DNA of 64,000 bases, taken from contig JAYWIR010000021.1 in assembly GCA_036172245.1 (NCBI GenBank), positions 124,001-188,000 of the forward strand, given 5' to 3'. Position numbers and translations under genes: made by a program. Positions 1 through 13,958 of this stretch are shown one piece after another. Source of the stretch: Raillietiella orientalis (Eukaryota). The notes beneath the pieces were generated by a model. That model did no database searches. It saw nothing but the letters and a program-made list of their open reading frames with translations, and was not told the origin of the DNA. Position 1 is the stretch's first letter, and every line of letters starts with the position of its first letter.

Positions 1-3000
1 CTTCATCATGAATTTACGGTGTGGTGCGCGGAGTTGATTTTTCTTTCTTTTCCTGTCTTCTTTTGAATTCTGAGGCTTCTATCGTGAACAGCTTCCTGCT
101 TCTTAGTAAACGAAGGCATCCACGGAAATGCCAATTGAGTCCTTCGTAGTTTGAAGGAACTCGGAACGAGCTGCTGGTATCCGATGTTCAAAATGCGTCC
201 CGAAAACGCAGTCGACCTCCATTCTTGGCTGCCGAAGAACGTCTCCATGGGTTTCATCAAGTGAGAGCCGTGATTTTAACGATGCTGTTTGGCCGTGCTT
301 TGAACTCAGACAGACAAGAGAAGGGTGGAGGGGTCTCCCCTCCACCCCCCCAAAAAAAAAAATCAGAGTATTTTTCCTGATGACAGTCTGCATGCAGGCA
401 ACCTCTCTGTGTCGAGGACTTTCGACTCAAAGGTATTTCTTTCCACAGGGAGTATTTTGGAATTCTGTCCGAAGAAGAGTCTGTGCTTCCTTGAAAGCCC
501 GTATATGGGAAAGTTCGGCGCATATGAGAACCATCAATCTGGAAGCATGTTGCACCCCCCCGGGGCACGGTATGATTGGTGTCCAACGTTTGTGATTTCG
601 AGCGCGACTGCTTTCCACTGAGGACGGGAAGCAGCATCCAATGCAAGAATGGAGCCAACTTCAAGTTTCGAGCTTCTGTGATTGGTCATCTCCTGAGAAA
701 GAAAGAAAATTCATCCTTCAGAGATGGATCCAGCAAAAACGAACACGTCCGGCTATCCTTGCAGGTGAGCGATAATTTCATTCCTCTACCACTCCCGTGT
801 GGAAACAAGCGAAGAAGATACCGAGATGTTCGAGGGAGACGGGAAGGAGGCTGAGAGATTTCGAAATCTCAAAGCAAACAAATTATGACAACGGTGGGAA
901 AGAGCGAGGCTGATGGGAGAATCGAACCGGTGACGGCGACATGGAAACAGACGTGCATGGCAACCCAACGCGGGTGAAGCAGCACAACTGCAAAGGCCGA
1001 AGGAAACAAGGTTGCCTTCCCCGTTTCATCTCCTCCATGGCTTCCTCCCACACGAGGACAGCGGCGTCGACGCTACATTGAGCGTCGACCACTCCGTTAA
1101 GTGATCTTTCACACTGTACCAGGATGAACTTTCGCGAGCATCCTGTCTGCTCGCCATCTCCGGTTGACTTCCAGTGCCGAACTTTTTCGTGAAAACACGA
1201 GCTTTCCGAAAGCAGGACCTCGCTGCGTTTGAGTGGGCAGTTGATGAAGACATCCTCTTGGGACAGAGGATCCCAGGTGGTTGGGATATTTCAGGGAAGC
1301 AGCGATCCACCAGTCCAGATAAGATGATTGCTCGGGACGGTGGAGGTTCCTGAGATTATTGCGAGGCGCTGTCGCGAGTTCTCTCCGATCGGTTCTTTAT
1401 CTTGTCATGTTCACAAATAGAGGAGCAAATTAATAGCCTTTTTGTTCTCAAATCCGAGCGTCGACTTTATCACTGTCGGAGATAAACACGATCAGTCCTG
1501 ATAGTGTGGTTGAGCCAGTGGAGCAGACGGAAAGAGTTGACGTATGCGATGCAAAGTGGAGTGAGCGACCGCATCGCCTCCAGGCGGAGTGCTTCCCTTC
1601 CTGATAGAGGCGGTTTGATCCAGTTCGGTTCGAGTGGGGTGCCTCTCTGCCCGTCCTTCCTGCTTTCCGCCTTCAGGACGTTTTCTCTTGAGCGTCCGCA
1701 GCAGTGAGGGATGCTTCCACGCGTTTCCTGCACCGAATGGCCGGTCACTTTCCTCCCGTTCTTCCCGCTCCGTGAAAGTTCGCAAGCAAAGAAGCGGGAG
1801 AAATGGCACCTAGGAAAGCGGAGGAATCGATGCGGTGGACTTGGAAGACGTGCTCCACGGACAGCGTCTCCCGAAAGGCTCCGAGCTGCGGCCTGCTCCC
1901 GTTTTTCCTCCGGTGCGACGTCCGTTTGCGAACTTCGTGATCCCATGCACAACTCGCCACGCAACTTGGAAGGCATCCTACCTCAGATGTTAAAGACGGC
2001 TCCCCCAGGGGATGCGCCTAGAAGTTTCAAAAACGAAATCCATGCAGACCACGACCGGAAATCAAGAAAGATTGCTAGAGACCGCATTCACACAAGCACC
2101 CTTTCCATGAATCCGCATCCTCCGTAACCATGTTCGCCCGGATCCTCCATGGCCATCTTGCGATTCCACTGATCTGCCGGAATCGATGCCTCTCATCCCT
2201 GTGCGTTCACCTGATGCCGTCCGATGGGGGCGTAAGAGAGGGAGGAACCTTAAAGTACTCACTCTGAAACCCACACGCACCATCCCTGTAGGCTGAGTGG
2301 GTGCCGGTGGCATTCGACCGTTGCGCTCTACGACTTCATCAGCGGGAACCAAACATTTCAGTTGCGGAGGTGCTTCTCTTTGCACTTGGGCTTAACGGCG
2401 ATCGGGAATGCTTTGCTGATTGCTTGTCGCTACTTCTGTTCCGTAAACGCCTTTTCCTCTCAAATGATAGGAGCGCTCGCCAATTCAAGTCCTGGTTCAA
2501 TTCGCGGATTGTCTTCAGCTTCTTCTCCTCATGCTTCGGTCCACCATCTGGCAAACGTGGATGCAAAAGCAGCTTCATCTGAAGGTGAGGCTCACTGTTG
2601 GAATCGCAGATCACTTTTTGTCGTTCTGGCATTCCTTCTTTCCTCCTGCTCTGTATCGGTTCTTCGCACCCAACGGAGAATGCCCCACTCCCCGATTTCC
2701 CCATCGGTTTCCAACGGTGAACCAGAGTCGCTTCCCGAAAGAAAGTACCACGGTAGCCAAGTTGCCGGGACCGCAGTATTTTACCACCGCGCGATTTTTC
2801 TGGTATCTCCCTGTGAATGTATTCAGCGTGCCGATACCCCGGCAACGAAGACTGCGGCCAGGAAATCTCAGAACGTGCCGTTCGGTGCATCAAGAAAACA
2901 GCCTGCCTTTTCCCAGTCAGCTGACAGTGAAACTGCAGCAGTTTTGCTGAGACAAAAAAAATCGTTCCGTTGTTTTCCGTGCTTCACGTAATAATCGCGC

Positions 3001-3289
3001 ATGACGAAACCTAAGAAAGTGAAAGCAGACTTCGAGTACAGTTGCCTTGTCACTGTGATGGAAAGCAGTTGAACAAAGTTCACGAAATTTCTAACCACGG
3101 CTTACTTTTTTCAAGGACCGATCCGCTCACGCTCCCAGAGGATGCTGTCACGCGAAATAAAGCGGTGCATCTGCGCGAAACTGCACATGGGCTTCTAGCC
3201 GGAAACCGTTGGTGCACTTAGCAGAGCGGAGTGACGTTGCACCTCTGCTGCCTTTCTCGAGGTGCAAGGCAACCGAGATGTAGGAGGAG

Positions 3290-4530
3290 GCGGTGTGGCA
3301 CCCGCCCAACTTCGCAGTCACCCAAGCAAGGAAGAGACAGGAATTGGGCGAAAGCTTGCGAATCTGGAGACAGAAGGACACCTCGAACGCGCCTCAACCT
3401 GCACCTTCTGTCCTGGAGTACCAATAGTGCAGGACGGGGATCCCGACGAAGAGGTTGCAGGTCGAGGCGCGCTCGAGTTATCCTTCTGTCTTGTGTGACT
3501 CGTCCGGTGTCTGATCCAAAACAAGATATCCTGAAGAATGCTCTCCTTTGCCTTAGCTTAGACTTTGAGTGTTCAGCAAGAAGAGTGAACATAAGGACCG
3601 CTTCGATTACCTCACGAACCCGCGACACCGAGCACTGGGTAGGTCGTGATCCTTGTAAGAGAGCAAACCTTTCCTCTGCGTCGCTAGCTCGCCGCTATCA
3701 TGAGAGGCATCCTTCAGTTAGAAGTCATGCTGGTTCACGGATCTTGGAGCTTGAACGGTTGCTGGTGCACAAGCATGGGTGCAGACGCACGCTGCAACCA
3801 GCCTCCTCCGTCTGGAAAATGCAAAGAAAAGGGCTGCGGTCTCAGTCCTTGTGGCAGCCACGACTCTGTCAGATGTGTCCATGACATCGCTTGTGTCTGC
3901 TGGACGAGATGGTATGGGATTTCTTCCCTGGAATCCACGCTTGCAGTGGGAAATTTCCATGATGGAGACCTCAGGACCGACAGGGAAGTCCGTGGGAAAA
4001 TTCCCCTACCTCAGTGAGCGTCGTCGCGTTCAGATCGCTCGACTGTAGGGGAAGACCCAGTCATGAGTGGGTGAGCTCTCCCCAGGGACGCCACGCTGGA
4101 ATAAACGATCGCCTTCCTTTCGAATTCCTCAGGAGCCACTGCCGCCAGTGCAACCGTCGCCAGTTGACAGTCCCTACACGGGCGCCGCTCTGAAAACTTT
4201 CCTGGATCCATAGCTCCAGGTGAGGAACGAGCGTTCCCTCCTCTGTTCGCAGCAAGGGTTATGAAGATCTGATTCTATCCGGGATCTTTCCCATCTCTCA
4301 GTTCTGCCTGCTCAACTTGGCGTACGCTACCGCTCTTCCGATAAGTTCCCGGCTTGAAAACACCTGAAGCTTTGGTGACCCTCGATGCGGAAGCAAGCAT
4401 GTATTATCCAGACACGAGTCATGGTATCGTCTTCCCCGAAGGCGATCTCGGAACATCCCCCTGGAGCTCGTGACGTTTAGGTGAGGCGAGGGACGTGCTC
4501 GCGTGCGCCAAGCTGCAAAAATTCGGGTGC
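3290..4530 (+). mobile_element. Highly decayed Ty3/Gypsy pol relic (RT, possible integrase zinc finger)
   Basis: Frame-shifted peptides in pol order: RKLANLETEGHLE..PGVPIVQDG (cf. L..LE.EG.IE...PIVPV.K.DG), PKQDIL..LSLDF (cf. FSKLDL), LEVMLVHGS (cf. LDDILV.G), LERL, and RDVLACAKLQ near 4490 (cf. V..C..CQ). Catalytic motifs are eroded. Confidence 0.4.
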
Positions 4531-7500
4531 AGTCCCCAAGGGAAGCGACGAGCAGCTCCTCGTGCACCATCAGCAGCTCTCATTGGGGTGATCTGAAAAT
4601 GCTGTGCGTCAGAGTTTCCTCTGCAGCAGTCAGACGTTCGTTCCCGATCACACGGGATTTCAGCAGAAGAGATCCGTCGCTTTCCAGGAAAAACAAAACA
4701 AAAAACAAACAAACAAAAAGTACATGTTGTTCGATCGATAGACAAGGAGGCGACTCGACGGGAACACTGGCTTGCTCACTCTGCGTATCATGGAGGAAAG
4801 AGAATGTAACTCTAGAATATGCGAAGGAAGCAGGAATAAATGGGAGCAGATCCCGACCATCGCACTGCTTAAACGAAACGACGCCAGTCGTGATGCTGTG
4901 AACTGCCATTAGAATGCAACATGATCCGCCATTGCTGCGCGAAAAATAGGAACACGAGATTCGCGGACGACTCAAAGCCACGCAGCTGCAGCGTTTGTCG
5001 AGAGAGTTCGCGGTGTCGGGAAGTCGCGGCCGCGACCTGCAGCCGATGTGGCAGCTGTGGACGAAAGCCACGGAGCTGGGATACAGGGGCCGCACGAACC
5101 ATCTAGACTTTTGGGGGGCCAAGGATCTTGGGGGGAAACTCTTTTGGGCAGGATGCACCGTGGCTGCTCCCCCCCGCACCCCCCGTCCCTCGAAAAGAGA
5201 GAGAGAGAGAGGAAACAAAAAGAGGAGAAAGAAACCCTCGTTAGGGCAGCAGCTCCTTCCAATCTCATTTCAAATGGGAAGACGGAAGAGAACAAAGAGT
5301 TCGGCCAGCCGGAAAGCTCATTCCCTCCCCTGGATTTTCCAATGGGATCAACGGTTAGGAACCCCCCCCCCCCTTTCCTTCCCCTTCCAGTCAAAATGCT
5401 CGTGGCACAGTGATAGGATGTCTGTTTTTCGATCCTCAGCAGAGACGGTCTGCGGTTTTCCCAAGTGACGAAACCTCGGAACAAGAGCGAAGGAAGAATA
5501 GGGAGTCAGGGCGGGAATTGTCCGATGGCGATCTGCAAGGCGTCTCATCCCACCTGCGGCTGACAGAACCCCGACGGGCGCACCCCACGCCACGGACTGG
5601 TGAATCTTGGTCCGAAGAGAGGGAGCAGCTGGATGGATTTCTGGAATGGGACGGTCTCCGTTCTGTCCGGCGGCCGAGCGGAGCGAACAGCCGCCGCAAG
5701 TCTGCTCGTCTCCTCTCGATGCACCTCGAGCTTCATCCCACCGTTCAGATGAGATGCTGCTTCCAGAGGAGCAGAGCTCTGCAGGAGGGTCCCTTCTCAA
5801 AGCCGCCCGCCTCGGAGCGTAGGCTTCGAACCGTCTCTTCAGCGACTCCCAAGCGAGCGGGCAGTCAGCACCACATTGGCGTCTGCCACGTCACCGTGCT
5901 GGCGCAGAAATGATCCACGGGTTTTGATAGTGCGCGGAAGCGCACAGGGAGGGCTGCAAATCCCTTCCTACTCAACGAGGGGCAGTTGCTGCGTGCCTTC
6001 TCCTCCCCCTTATCGGAAGCGAAGACGGCGCAGGGTGTTACGAGGTTGGCCTGTGTCTGGACACCCGTCGGTTGAGGCACAAGAACACCGAGAGTAGACG
6101 ACTCCCACGAGGCAGCGACCTGGGAAAACAAATCCCAGTGGGATATAGAGCAATGGGGGGGGGGGGAGGCAAGCTGGAGATTTTCAGAGGCCCACGAGAC
6201 TTACTGATGGTCACTCAAGTGGTATCTGATGGTCATCGGAGTCAGTGTTCTTCTTCTGTTGATGCAAGCAGTTCGGAAAGCAGCGTTCGGTGTCTCGGAA
6301 TTCAGCTTACTGCTCAGGGGATAGCCTTCCTTCCCGAATGAGACGTCAGTGATTTTCTTCATCGGTCGTCAGAGACCTCTGATAGGGAAAGGGGGGGGTC
6401 CGAGTTGCGAAAAGTGGCATTCGTACCTCCGGCGTTGACTTCCTCACGGGCAGGCGAAATTGAAGAATGCGTTAAAAAAGAAGCATCTGAATCGTGGATG
6501 TCTTTGTTTCCAAGGAAACCACCGCTACTTCTTCTTCTGACCAAGGTGAAAATGTTTCGTAAGGTCATCTTTGTAAATAGAGGCTTTCCTGCGTCCCGGA
6601 CGGCAGTAACCGAACTTTGACATCCATGCTGATAACTTGGTTCCGAAATCACATCTGCTATTCTTCCTGAAATGCATGATCCAGATGCAAAAAGAAAATG
6701 CAGACCCCGGAATCAGAGCGAGTTTAGAAGATCTGAGAGGCCAGATCAGGAAGCATAGGGACTGCTCTTTGAGCGGGAAGTGGCAATGTTTGGGAACTTT
6801 CGTGGAGATGCAGGAAATCTCTCTCTTGCAAGGCACCAATTCCTCAGAGCTGGAGCAGACCAGCATGGCTCCAGCGTTGCGAGGTTCCCGTCCTCGAGAA
6901 CACGGGGCTCCACCATTTCTGATAAGATGGGGACCTCCTCACGTTGGGCGCGGCGCCTCTTGGGGGAGAATAGGGTTTCCTCTTCTGCCGTCTCCACCAG
7001 AGTTCCTTCTGGGCTCATCTTGCGTGGTCCGGGCGGGAATCTCCTCTCCAAGAGTTCGTGATCCGGAGAGGCAGCCGCCCGTCCTATCTCCGCCGGCCAA
7101 GCAAAAATGGCGGCGCAAACATCGCTCTCCCACTCCCGTTGGGCTGTCCACTCCGAATCGGCCAATCCCCAAATTCGGAGGCAGCCGCTTGCAAACGACC
7201 TTCCGCGGAAGCTGCCCGTTGGATTCTTTGCCCGTGCCATGAACGAAGCTCGGCCGTCGGTTGCCTCCCTCGGCGCTCTCCCTCGCGGAACAGCAGGAGC
7301 TGCCAGTCCGACGACTCGCAAGAGCGGGGTGGGGAAGCCCACGCCGCACGGCCTTCCACGGTGTTCTTGCAGAATTCGGAGAAACGCATCGGAAAGACCG
7401 GCCAGGCCGATGTCGAGTCGCCGATGGGTTCGCACGCTTTTCAGGACCAAGTTCAAAGCTACCTCCCGATAAACTTTTCGATGGTCTCCTTCGCGATCTC

Positions 7501-8834
7501 GACGAAGAGCGAAAACGACCTGCTGAAACCCTCAAAGCGACCCCTCGCTCTCGCGTGTATTTCTGTGCTTTCGATGATGCGGTGATGACGGTTTGCTGAA
7601 AGTGTACGTGTACGGAAACGCAAGCTGCAAGAATGGAAAGCGACGACGACGAAAATCCGTGTGCTCGAGACACACTTGCATCACGACCCTCGGGAGAATT
7701 TCCGTTCGACTTTCCTCCACCCAGTCTCACCAAGGCAACCACGAAACACTCCCCCGCATCAAGCAGGGAGCACACGCTGAATGGCGTCTCCGAGCAGCTC
7801 CCTCGCTGGAAGGCTTGCTCTCGGGTGATCATAGGTGAGAGGCGAACGGAACGGTTCCACATGTACCGCAACAGTCCTGGTCTTTTTCCCACTTTTTTTT
7901 TTTTTTGTTTCAAAACAGTGTTTTCTTCCCTTTTATAGGGATCGCTCATCCCTCCGTTTCCATTTCATCCGACATTCAATCTGTTTCGATGCCTAACGTT
8001 CCTGAGGTAAACAAATCTACTTCGGAGTCGCGCGGCTCCGGACGGATTCACTTCAGCTCGCTGTTGCTTGGCTCCCGCGGCAGCTGCAGAGCTTTCGTCC
8101 GCGAAGATGCAACCCAAAATCAACTCGAAACTACACGGGCAGCAGATTGCCGGCCCATCCAGCGACTGGCAGCCGCTTCCGAAGACTCAGCTATTGCGAC
8201 GTTAACTGTCAAACCGCGCGTTCTTCTCCGAAAGAGCGCTCCGACGGAGCTTCCACGTCTGCATCTTTTTTCTCTCTGACTATTTTGTCTGTCACCTTTT
8301 GCGCAAAGCTCCTTCCAATGTCACCTCCACGGAGGCGTGAAAGGAAATAGGCGAAACAGAACTCACTTCGTGGATCTCTTCCTGGTTGTCCTTATTGCGG
8401 GAGGGAATTTTCGCGCCGGGACTTCGGAACAGTCGGGAAGTCCCCAGTTTGAATTTCCGGCTTTCCGAGCCGCTCTCAGATCCACGGAAGCGCTTGCCAC
8501 TTTCAGCGTCCAGCCACTTTTTCTTTGATTTTCAGAGTTCTGCCAGAGTTCACCTGTAAGTTCCAGAAGTGGCGGCGTGCTGGAAACGCGCCGCGAAAGC
8601 CACGGGATTGCGAGTACCGGTGGATCGCAACGCAAGAGGGCTTGATGACCGCCGGCAGCCCCGACAACCCTGGAGGTGCTGGACAAATGTACGTTGTTAA
8701 GTGGGAGTTCTTGCTGAGGAAGCTCTACGAGAGAGAGTCTCTCTCGCGTCGACTCCAACGGTCGCCTTCCTGTAACGCGTTTTTAAACACGGTGGCAGTC
8801 TTTTTTCGTTCACAAGTGCGCCGTAAGTACTCCC

Positions 8835-10035
8835 GGTGAAAATGTTGAAGGAGGCGGGACGGAAGGGGGGGGGAGAGAATTGCAAAATGAAAGCACGAAA
8901 CGATTGGAAATGCCGAAGTTTTGAAAGGACGAAGACGTCAGTGAACTTCGACACTGAGCGCGAAGACTTCCCTCTTTCAGAAGAATAGGAAGCACGAATG
9001 ACTGCGGGAGGCGGTATTGGTAGATCCGTTCCTAAGTTCACTGAGACCTCATTGGTCAGTGCAAACCCGGTCGCAGCAGAGGAAATGAACAGAGGGTTCA
9101 CGCGGAGAGCGCAGCGAGTCTGTCCTCAAGGAACGCTGCTGAAGGAAGAGCGAGGCAGATTGATTCCGAGACATCAGGTCACCTGGACGCAACCACACGA
9201 AACGCGAGTAGCGACAGCGTCCGTCGCCAGAGGTTACGGAGGAGTGAATCCATTGACGAGGATGCATTCTTCGGAGAGGTGGTTGTCTTGGGAGAGTATT
9301 CTGAAAAGCTTGCGAATCTTCAGAAGTCGGGAATTCTTTTCTTTTTTTTTTTTTTTTTTTTTAGAGTTCCCGCGTTCGTTGCTGGTTTCCTCCCGTTTGG
9401 TCTTCCCATTAAAGCTGCAGTAGCTCAGAGCTCTACAAAAATGAGGGAACCGATTCACAGCACTCTTGTGCTGATCCCCGCTATCCTCTCCCGTTTTTGG
9501 AAAATCCCGTCACTTTCTTCGGTTCCACAGGTTGCAACCCATGCAACCAATGGGGCGCTTCCCTAAAGGGAGTGCTCACCTGATTAGAATTCAGTTCTTC
9601 TTTTTCAAGCAAGTGACAGCAACGGAACGATCCCAGATGCGAAAGGATACGCTGAGATATGCAATGACCTCTCTTGCTCGACAGACAGACTGCTGGCCGT
9701 ATCAACAAGTGGAGGCAACAGAAACGATGACTGCAGGATGACGAAGGAGCATTCGAAAAGGCATGACGAACCTTCATTCATGAACCCCATCGGCAAGGAT
9801 TGCGGAAAGAATTTGAGCAGTCTTTTAAAGAGTCCTTCGTTTGCCATGGGCGGCTTCGTCACCTGGAACTGTGCCCTCCTTTTCGTTCTTCAGAGAGAGG
9901 AAAGTTTTCGAGCGCAGTGTCGAAATTCACTTGAGTTTTTTCAATTTTTTTTTTTTTTTAAAGAAAATTTCAGCATTCCCGATCGTCTCTGCACGCACCC
10001 TTTGGCTTTCTTTAGCCATCCTCCTGCACCGGAAA
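8835..10035. repeat. Diverged inverted repeat pair (~8890-8995 vs ~9870-9995, weaker extension outward)
   Basis: The reverse complement of the left arm (ttcttctgaaagagggaagtcttcgcgctcagtgtcgaagttcactga...aaaacttcggcatttccaatcgt) aligns by eye with the right arm (ttcttcagagagaggaaagttttcgagcgcagtgtcgaaattcacttga...aaaatttcagcattcccgatcgt). Confidence 0.7.
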
Positions 10036-11366
10036 CCAAAGGGAGAGAGCGGGAATTCAAGCCTGGCTACTTGAGCGGGATTTCTCTGATCACTCGAATC
10101 ACGCATTGCTCGAGTTCATCAACGATTGTACACCAAGGATCTTTGAAATCGACGCTTGCATCATTCTTTTCAGTCCCTGGAGAACCCTTGGAAAACGGGA
10201 CGCCCAGCCGGAGCGGAGGAAGTGAATTCTTCTATCCGATGAGACCACGGCTTGTTCTCGCAACCCTTAAATTGGGACAAAGGGTTCCTAAAGATGGCGG
10301 ACAGCTGAAGTACAAGCTGCAATCCTGCAAGTTCGCCAATCTGGATGCACCCTGAGAGTTCGGAGAGGAACTCCGAAATTATCGCGTGAAGATACCACCG
10401 AGGAACCGAGGTGCACCAACGGGAAGTGATGTGGGAGAAGGAATCGGTCCGATTTCGGGGAGGGGAGGAGAGGCGCTGAGGAAAGCACGAGTGGAAAGAA
10501 AAACAGTCTTCCTGGAGGAACCAACTCAATCGGTCCGAACGTGTGGAGTTCACCGCCAAGGATCGACGGCGAGCAAAAAGTGGTTCAGCAGCCACACTTG
10601 GTCGTAGGATGGCAGCAGCGACGCGTTCCTGAGATCGTAGAGGAAGGGAGACGAGAAAGACAGAGAGGGAGGGGGGGATTTGACGGAAACCGAACTTCCA
10701 GGATTTGAAAAACCCACGGGATTGTCTACTGGCATCGCGGGAATCCGGAACAGCAGCACAATGTGGAAGCACGAGAAGACAGCCGGACAGCAGATCACAA
10801 CCACTGATGCCATCATGTGGAGGGAGAAAGCGCGCCCTGTCTACGGGAAGGGCTCGGTTAGGATCGCGGCTGCCGTGGAAACAAGTCAGCAGAGGAGGTC
10901 AAGGCGAACAGCACGAGTTCTCTCGCGCATGCGTCCAACTCCGAGAGAAAGTTTAAGAAAAGACAGATAAGGGAAGGACGTGCGCATTTGTAGGAAGGTA
11001 TTGCAGACATTCGTGTGCGCGCCCGAAAGTGGTCACGATACGTTCAAGAGTTCACAGAGGCACCGAGGTCACGTCTCCGGATACTTGTGTGCTCTTTCTT
11101 TCCCGTTGAAGCACGCGTTCAGGCCAACGGCTGCGTGCGACCAAGGCAAACCGCGCTCGCCGCTCGCCGCGCGGTGGAGTGGGGTGGGGGGAAAAATAAA
11201 GGCTGACCTTTCCGGCTTCAAATCGAAACGGGAAGAGCACGTGGTCAACTCGCCGTTGTCCTGATAAGCGAGTGGCGGAGGCGAGAGGGAAGCAGAGGGA
11301 GGCTTGCTGACACAAAAGCCGCCGTCGCCGTCGTGATCTCGATGCGACGATGCGAAGTCGGGGGTG

Positions 11367-11429
11367 CACCACCACCACCACCACCACCACCAACACCACC
11401 ACCACCACCACCACCACCAATACCACCAC
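11367..11429. repeat. (CAC)n microsatellite, ~21 units with two interruptions
   Basis: Directly visible; it accounts for the poly-H/P/T/V/W/G ORFs here. Confidence 0.95.
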
Positions 11430-13884
11430 AGCTGCCTTCGTGGCTGCGCGAGGCACGGTGTGCGCGCGCGACGAATCTCACGCCTTCGCCACCACTCACG
11501 AGTCACGAGAAAAACTCGCGGTTGCCAAGCCGAACGGACGGCTTAAGAGTGATGGATGCTCGCTACTCCTCCCTTGCAGCATCCTTTCTCCCTAGTCCGG
11601 GAGGAGCACACCCCCTTCGCTCCGCTTCGCAAGGAATCGGGACGGCGGCGCCATCCTTCCAAGAGTCGCCGCCGCCGGAGCACTTTCCCGCCAAAGATGA
11701 GGAACATCTGCTCGTTCTGCGAGCTCCAGCCTTCCTACCTGGAGCCGTAGAAGCCGGGACTCCGGCTTCGGGAACGAACTCGAAGAGTCTTCCTCCGTGC
11801 ACGTCAGTAACAAAGTTCCGACGTCCGAGCTTTTCGTGCCCGCAGTTCCCGTGTACGATCGCATCCGTCGGTTGATAGCTGAACGCACCGAAGATCCGTC
11901 GAGAACTCAGCTGAGCTTCAGGAGATGCACTGAAGAGTATTCCATGTTAACAAGCCCCTAGCGCGGATCTGGAGCCGTCTTCCCCCCCGCCCTCCCCTCC
12001 TCCTCTCAGATCCATGAAAAAGCAAACGTCTGCGGCAGAGAGTCGCGACTTTTTGTGCAAGAGTTCGCGCGCGGGAGCGGATCTCGCGGCAGCGACAAAC
12101 CCACGCGCGCTGGGAACGCGCCCGGGGGAAGAGACGCAGTCGCTCTTTTCCTGCTGCCGGGATCACCCCGTTCGCTTTCAGCTCCAGAGGCTGGCCAAGA
12201 GGCATGGTCCCGAGCCGCGGGTCCCCCGTGCGGGGCAGGTCCGCGCTTTCTCCGAGCGAGCGGAAGACCGAAGAGCGAACCCCCCACGCGCGAGCACCGA
12301 CGAGCCACCGGAAAAGGGTTGCACCCTCTCTCTCGGGCGATCCGCACCCCTCCGTCGGCGGATGGGGGAGGAAGCGCAGTGGGAACGCCGCGAACGGAGA
12401 AACTCCCGTCGCCGCTCGGGGGCGAAATTCCATCTCCTGCACCACGAACAGCTGCGAGGACCATCTTTTGTTTTTGTTTTTTTTTTTTTTCCTTTAAACG
12501 GTTAGGATTTTTCCGGACCAGCACCTGTCGGTCTTCGCTGCGCGAGTTCTCTCCTTAACGACAGAAGAACAGGGATTGGTGTTTCGTGTTGTTGTTTTTC
12601 CGACACGAAAACTTTCTGAAATATCATTGGGAGAAAGGTAAACGAAGAAAGGAGTTGAGGAAAAGGGCGGAGTTACGAGACACCAATGAGTATCTGAAAA
12701 GACGAATCTCAACCTGACAAACCATTCCACGGCGTGATCACACAGAGCTAGTGACACCTTTCAGCAGGCGCATCAAGTAAGAGGAGCATCCCCATCCATT
12801 CCTGTCATCGGAGTCGGAGCAGGGTTGCCATTTCCGCCTAGCAGGGTTTTTTCAACAGGATCCCGCGTTGCTCGAAGCCGAGAGGACGACGAGCCTTAGG
12901 GGACCTCCTTCCAGCAGGTGTCTTTGCGGTCGGAGGCGCCTGATGTGCTGATCGAAATTCAACTTGGGCGAGCAGTCCCGAGATGTTTCAGGGAGCGGCT
13001 GCCAGTCGCGCTCGGGAAGAAAAGCGAAATGACGCGCGTAGTCGCTTCTTCCTCCACGTATGCTCTCGTCAAGAAGTTTCTTGCCGAAACAGCGGTCAAT
13101 GGCACCGAGGCAGAGAAGAGAGTGAAAGTACGAAATGTCGTCAGATTGTCGATGTGGAAACACAGGTCATCGGATCGCAGCGTCGAAAGCGTCAGAGAAG
13201 AGATTCATCATCCCATGCTTGGACCAGAGCTAGCACAGCAGCGGTCTTCTGTAATGCATCAGTTCTGCTCGTTCGCAAAGGTTTCTCGTTCTTCCCGATC
13301 CCGGGTTGTGTCGCGCACGCAGTTCTTCGAGGAAGAATCAGGCTGCAAGGCATTCTGCCGAAGAAAGGTTCGGGAGCGGAAAGGTTCAAAAGTCTCTTCC
13401 AGGAGTCGCGCATCAGACGGAGGTCGGGAAGCATCGTTCGGATTGGGCTTCTTCTTGGGCAGACCAGATCTCCCGCTTCCGAGTGGCCCTCGCGACTCTT
13501 CGGCAGGGGAAAACTTGCATCCCCAAGAGGCGGGTTTCGGGAGACGGTGCATTAAAAAAAAAAAAACAGTGCTGCCGACTGCTTCCACCAGAAAACCACT
13601 TCCGTTAGACTTCCGTAGAAAACTCCATTCCGTAGAGACCAAGCGCACGCCAGGGAAACTCGGCACCTCTTTGGCTCCACGAGCGCCCAACTCTCACAGA
13701 GTTCGTGAGACGCACGTAACTCCACGGTGCTGGGAGACTCTCTTACAGATATGTTGCGCAGTTTCTACAAATCCTTCCACTCTCGGTCGCGATTCAGTTC
13801 GCTGCTTGAGTGTTGGCGCCAGCCAACGAAAGCAAAAACGCAACCACGCCAATGGAACCGCCGGTCGTCGTCATACGAACTTCT

Positions 13885-13958
13885 ATCAAACGGTTTTCAC
13901 TGACTTCGGACTCCGCGCGCGGCACCCGGCGGCGCGGGTTCGAATCCCAGCGGGGAAG
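13885..13958 (+). repeat. Possible tRNA-derived SINE head (Pol III B-box)
   Basis: gcgGGTTCGAATCCCagc T-loop/B-box motif at ~13937-13948; no complete cloverleaf. A similar GGTTCGACCC lies at ~38577. Confidence 0.3.

Noticed and set aside
6939..7949. 336-aa minus ORF
   Set aside because: Low-information R/S/G-rich translation crossing a homopolymer; no domain motifs.
10680..10850. RTE-like RT motif (ELPGFEKPTG...IAGIR)
   Set aside because: Single weak motif with no downstream KAFD or YADD support.
11052..11875. Poly-His/Pro/Thr/Val/Trp/Gly ORFs
   Set aside because: All are six-frame readings of the same (CAC)n microsatellite.
13885..13958. Functional tRNA gene
   Set aside because: Only the T-arm/B-box is recognisable; acceptor and D stems cannot be built.
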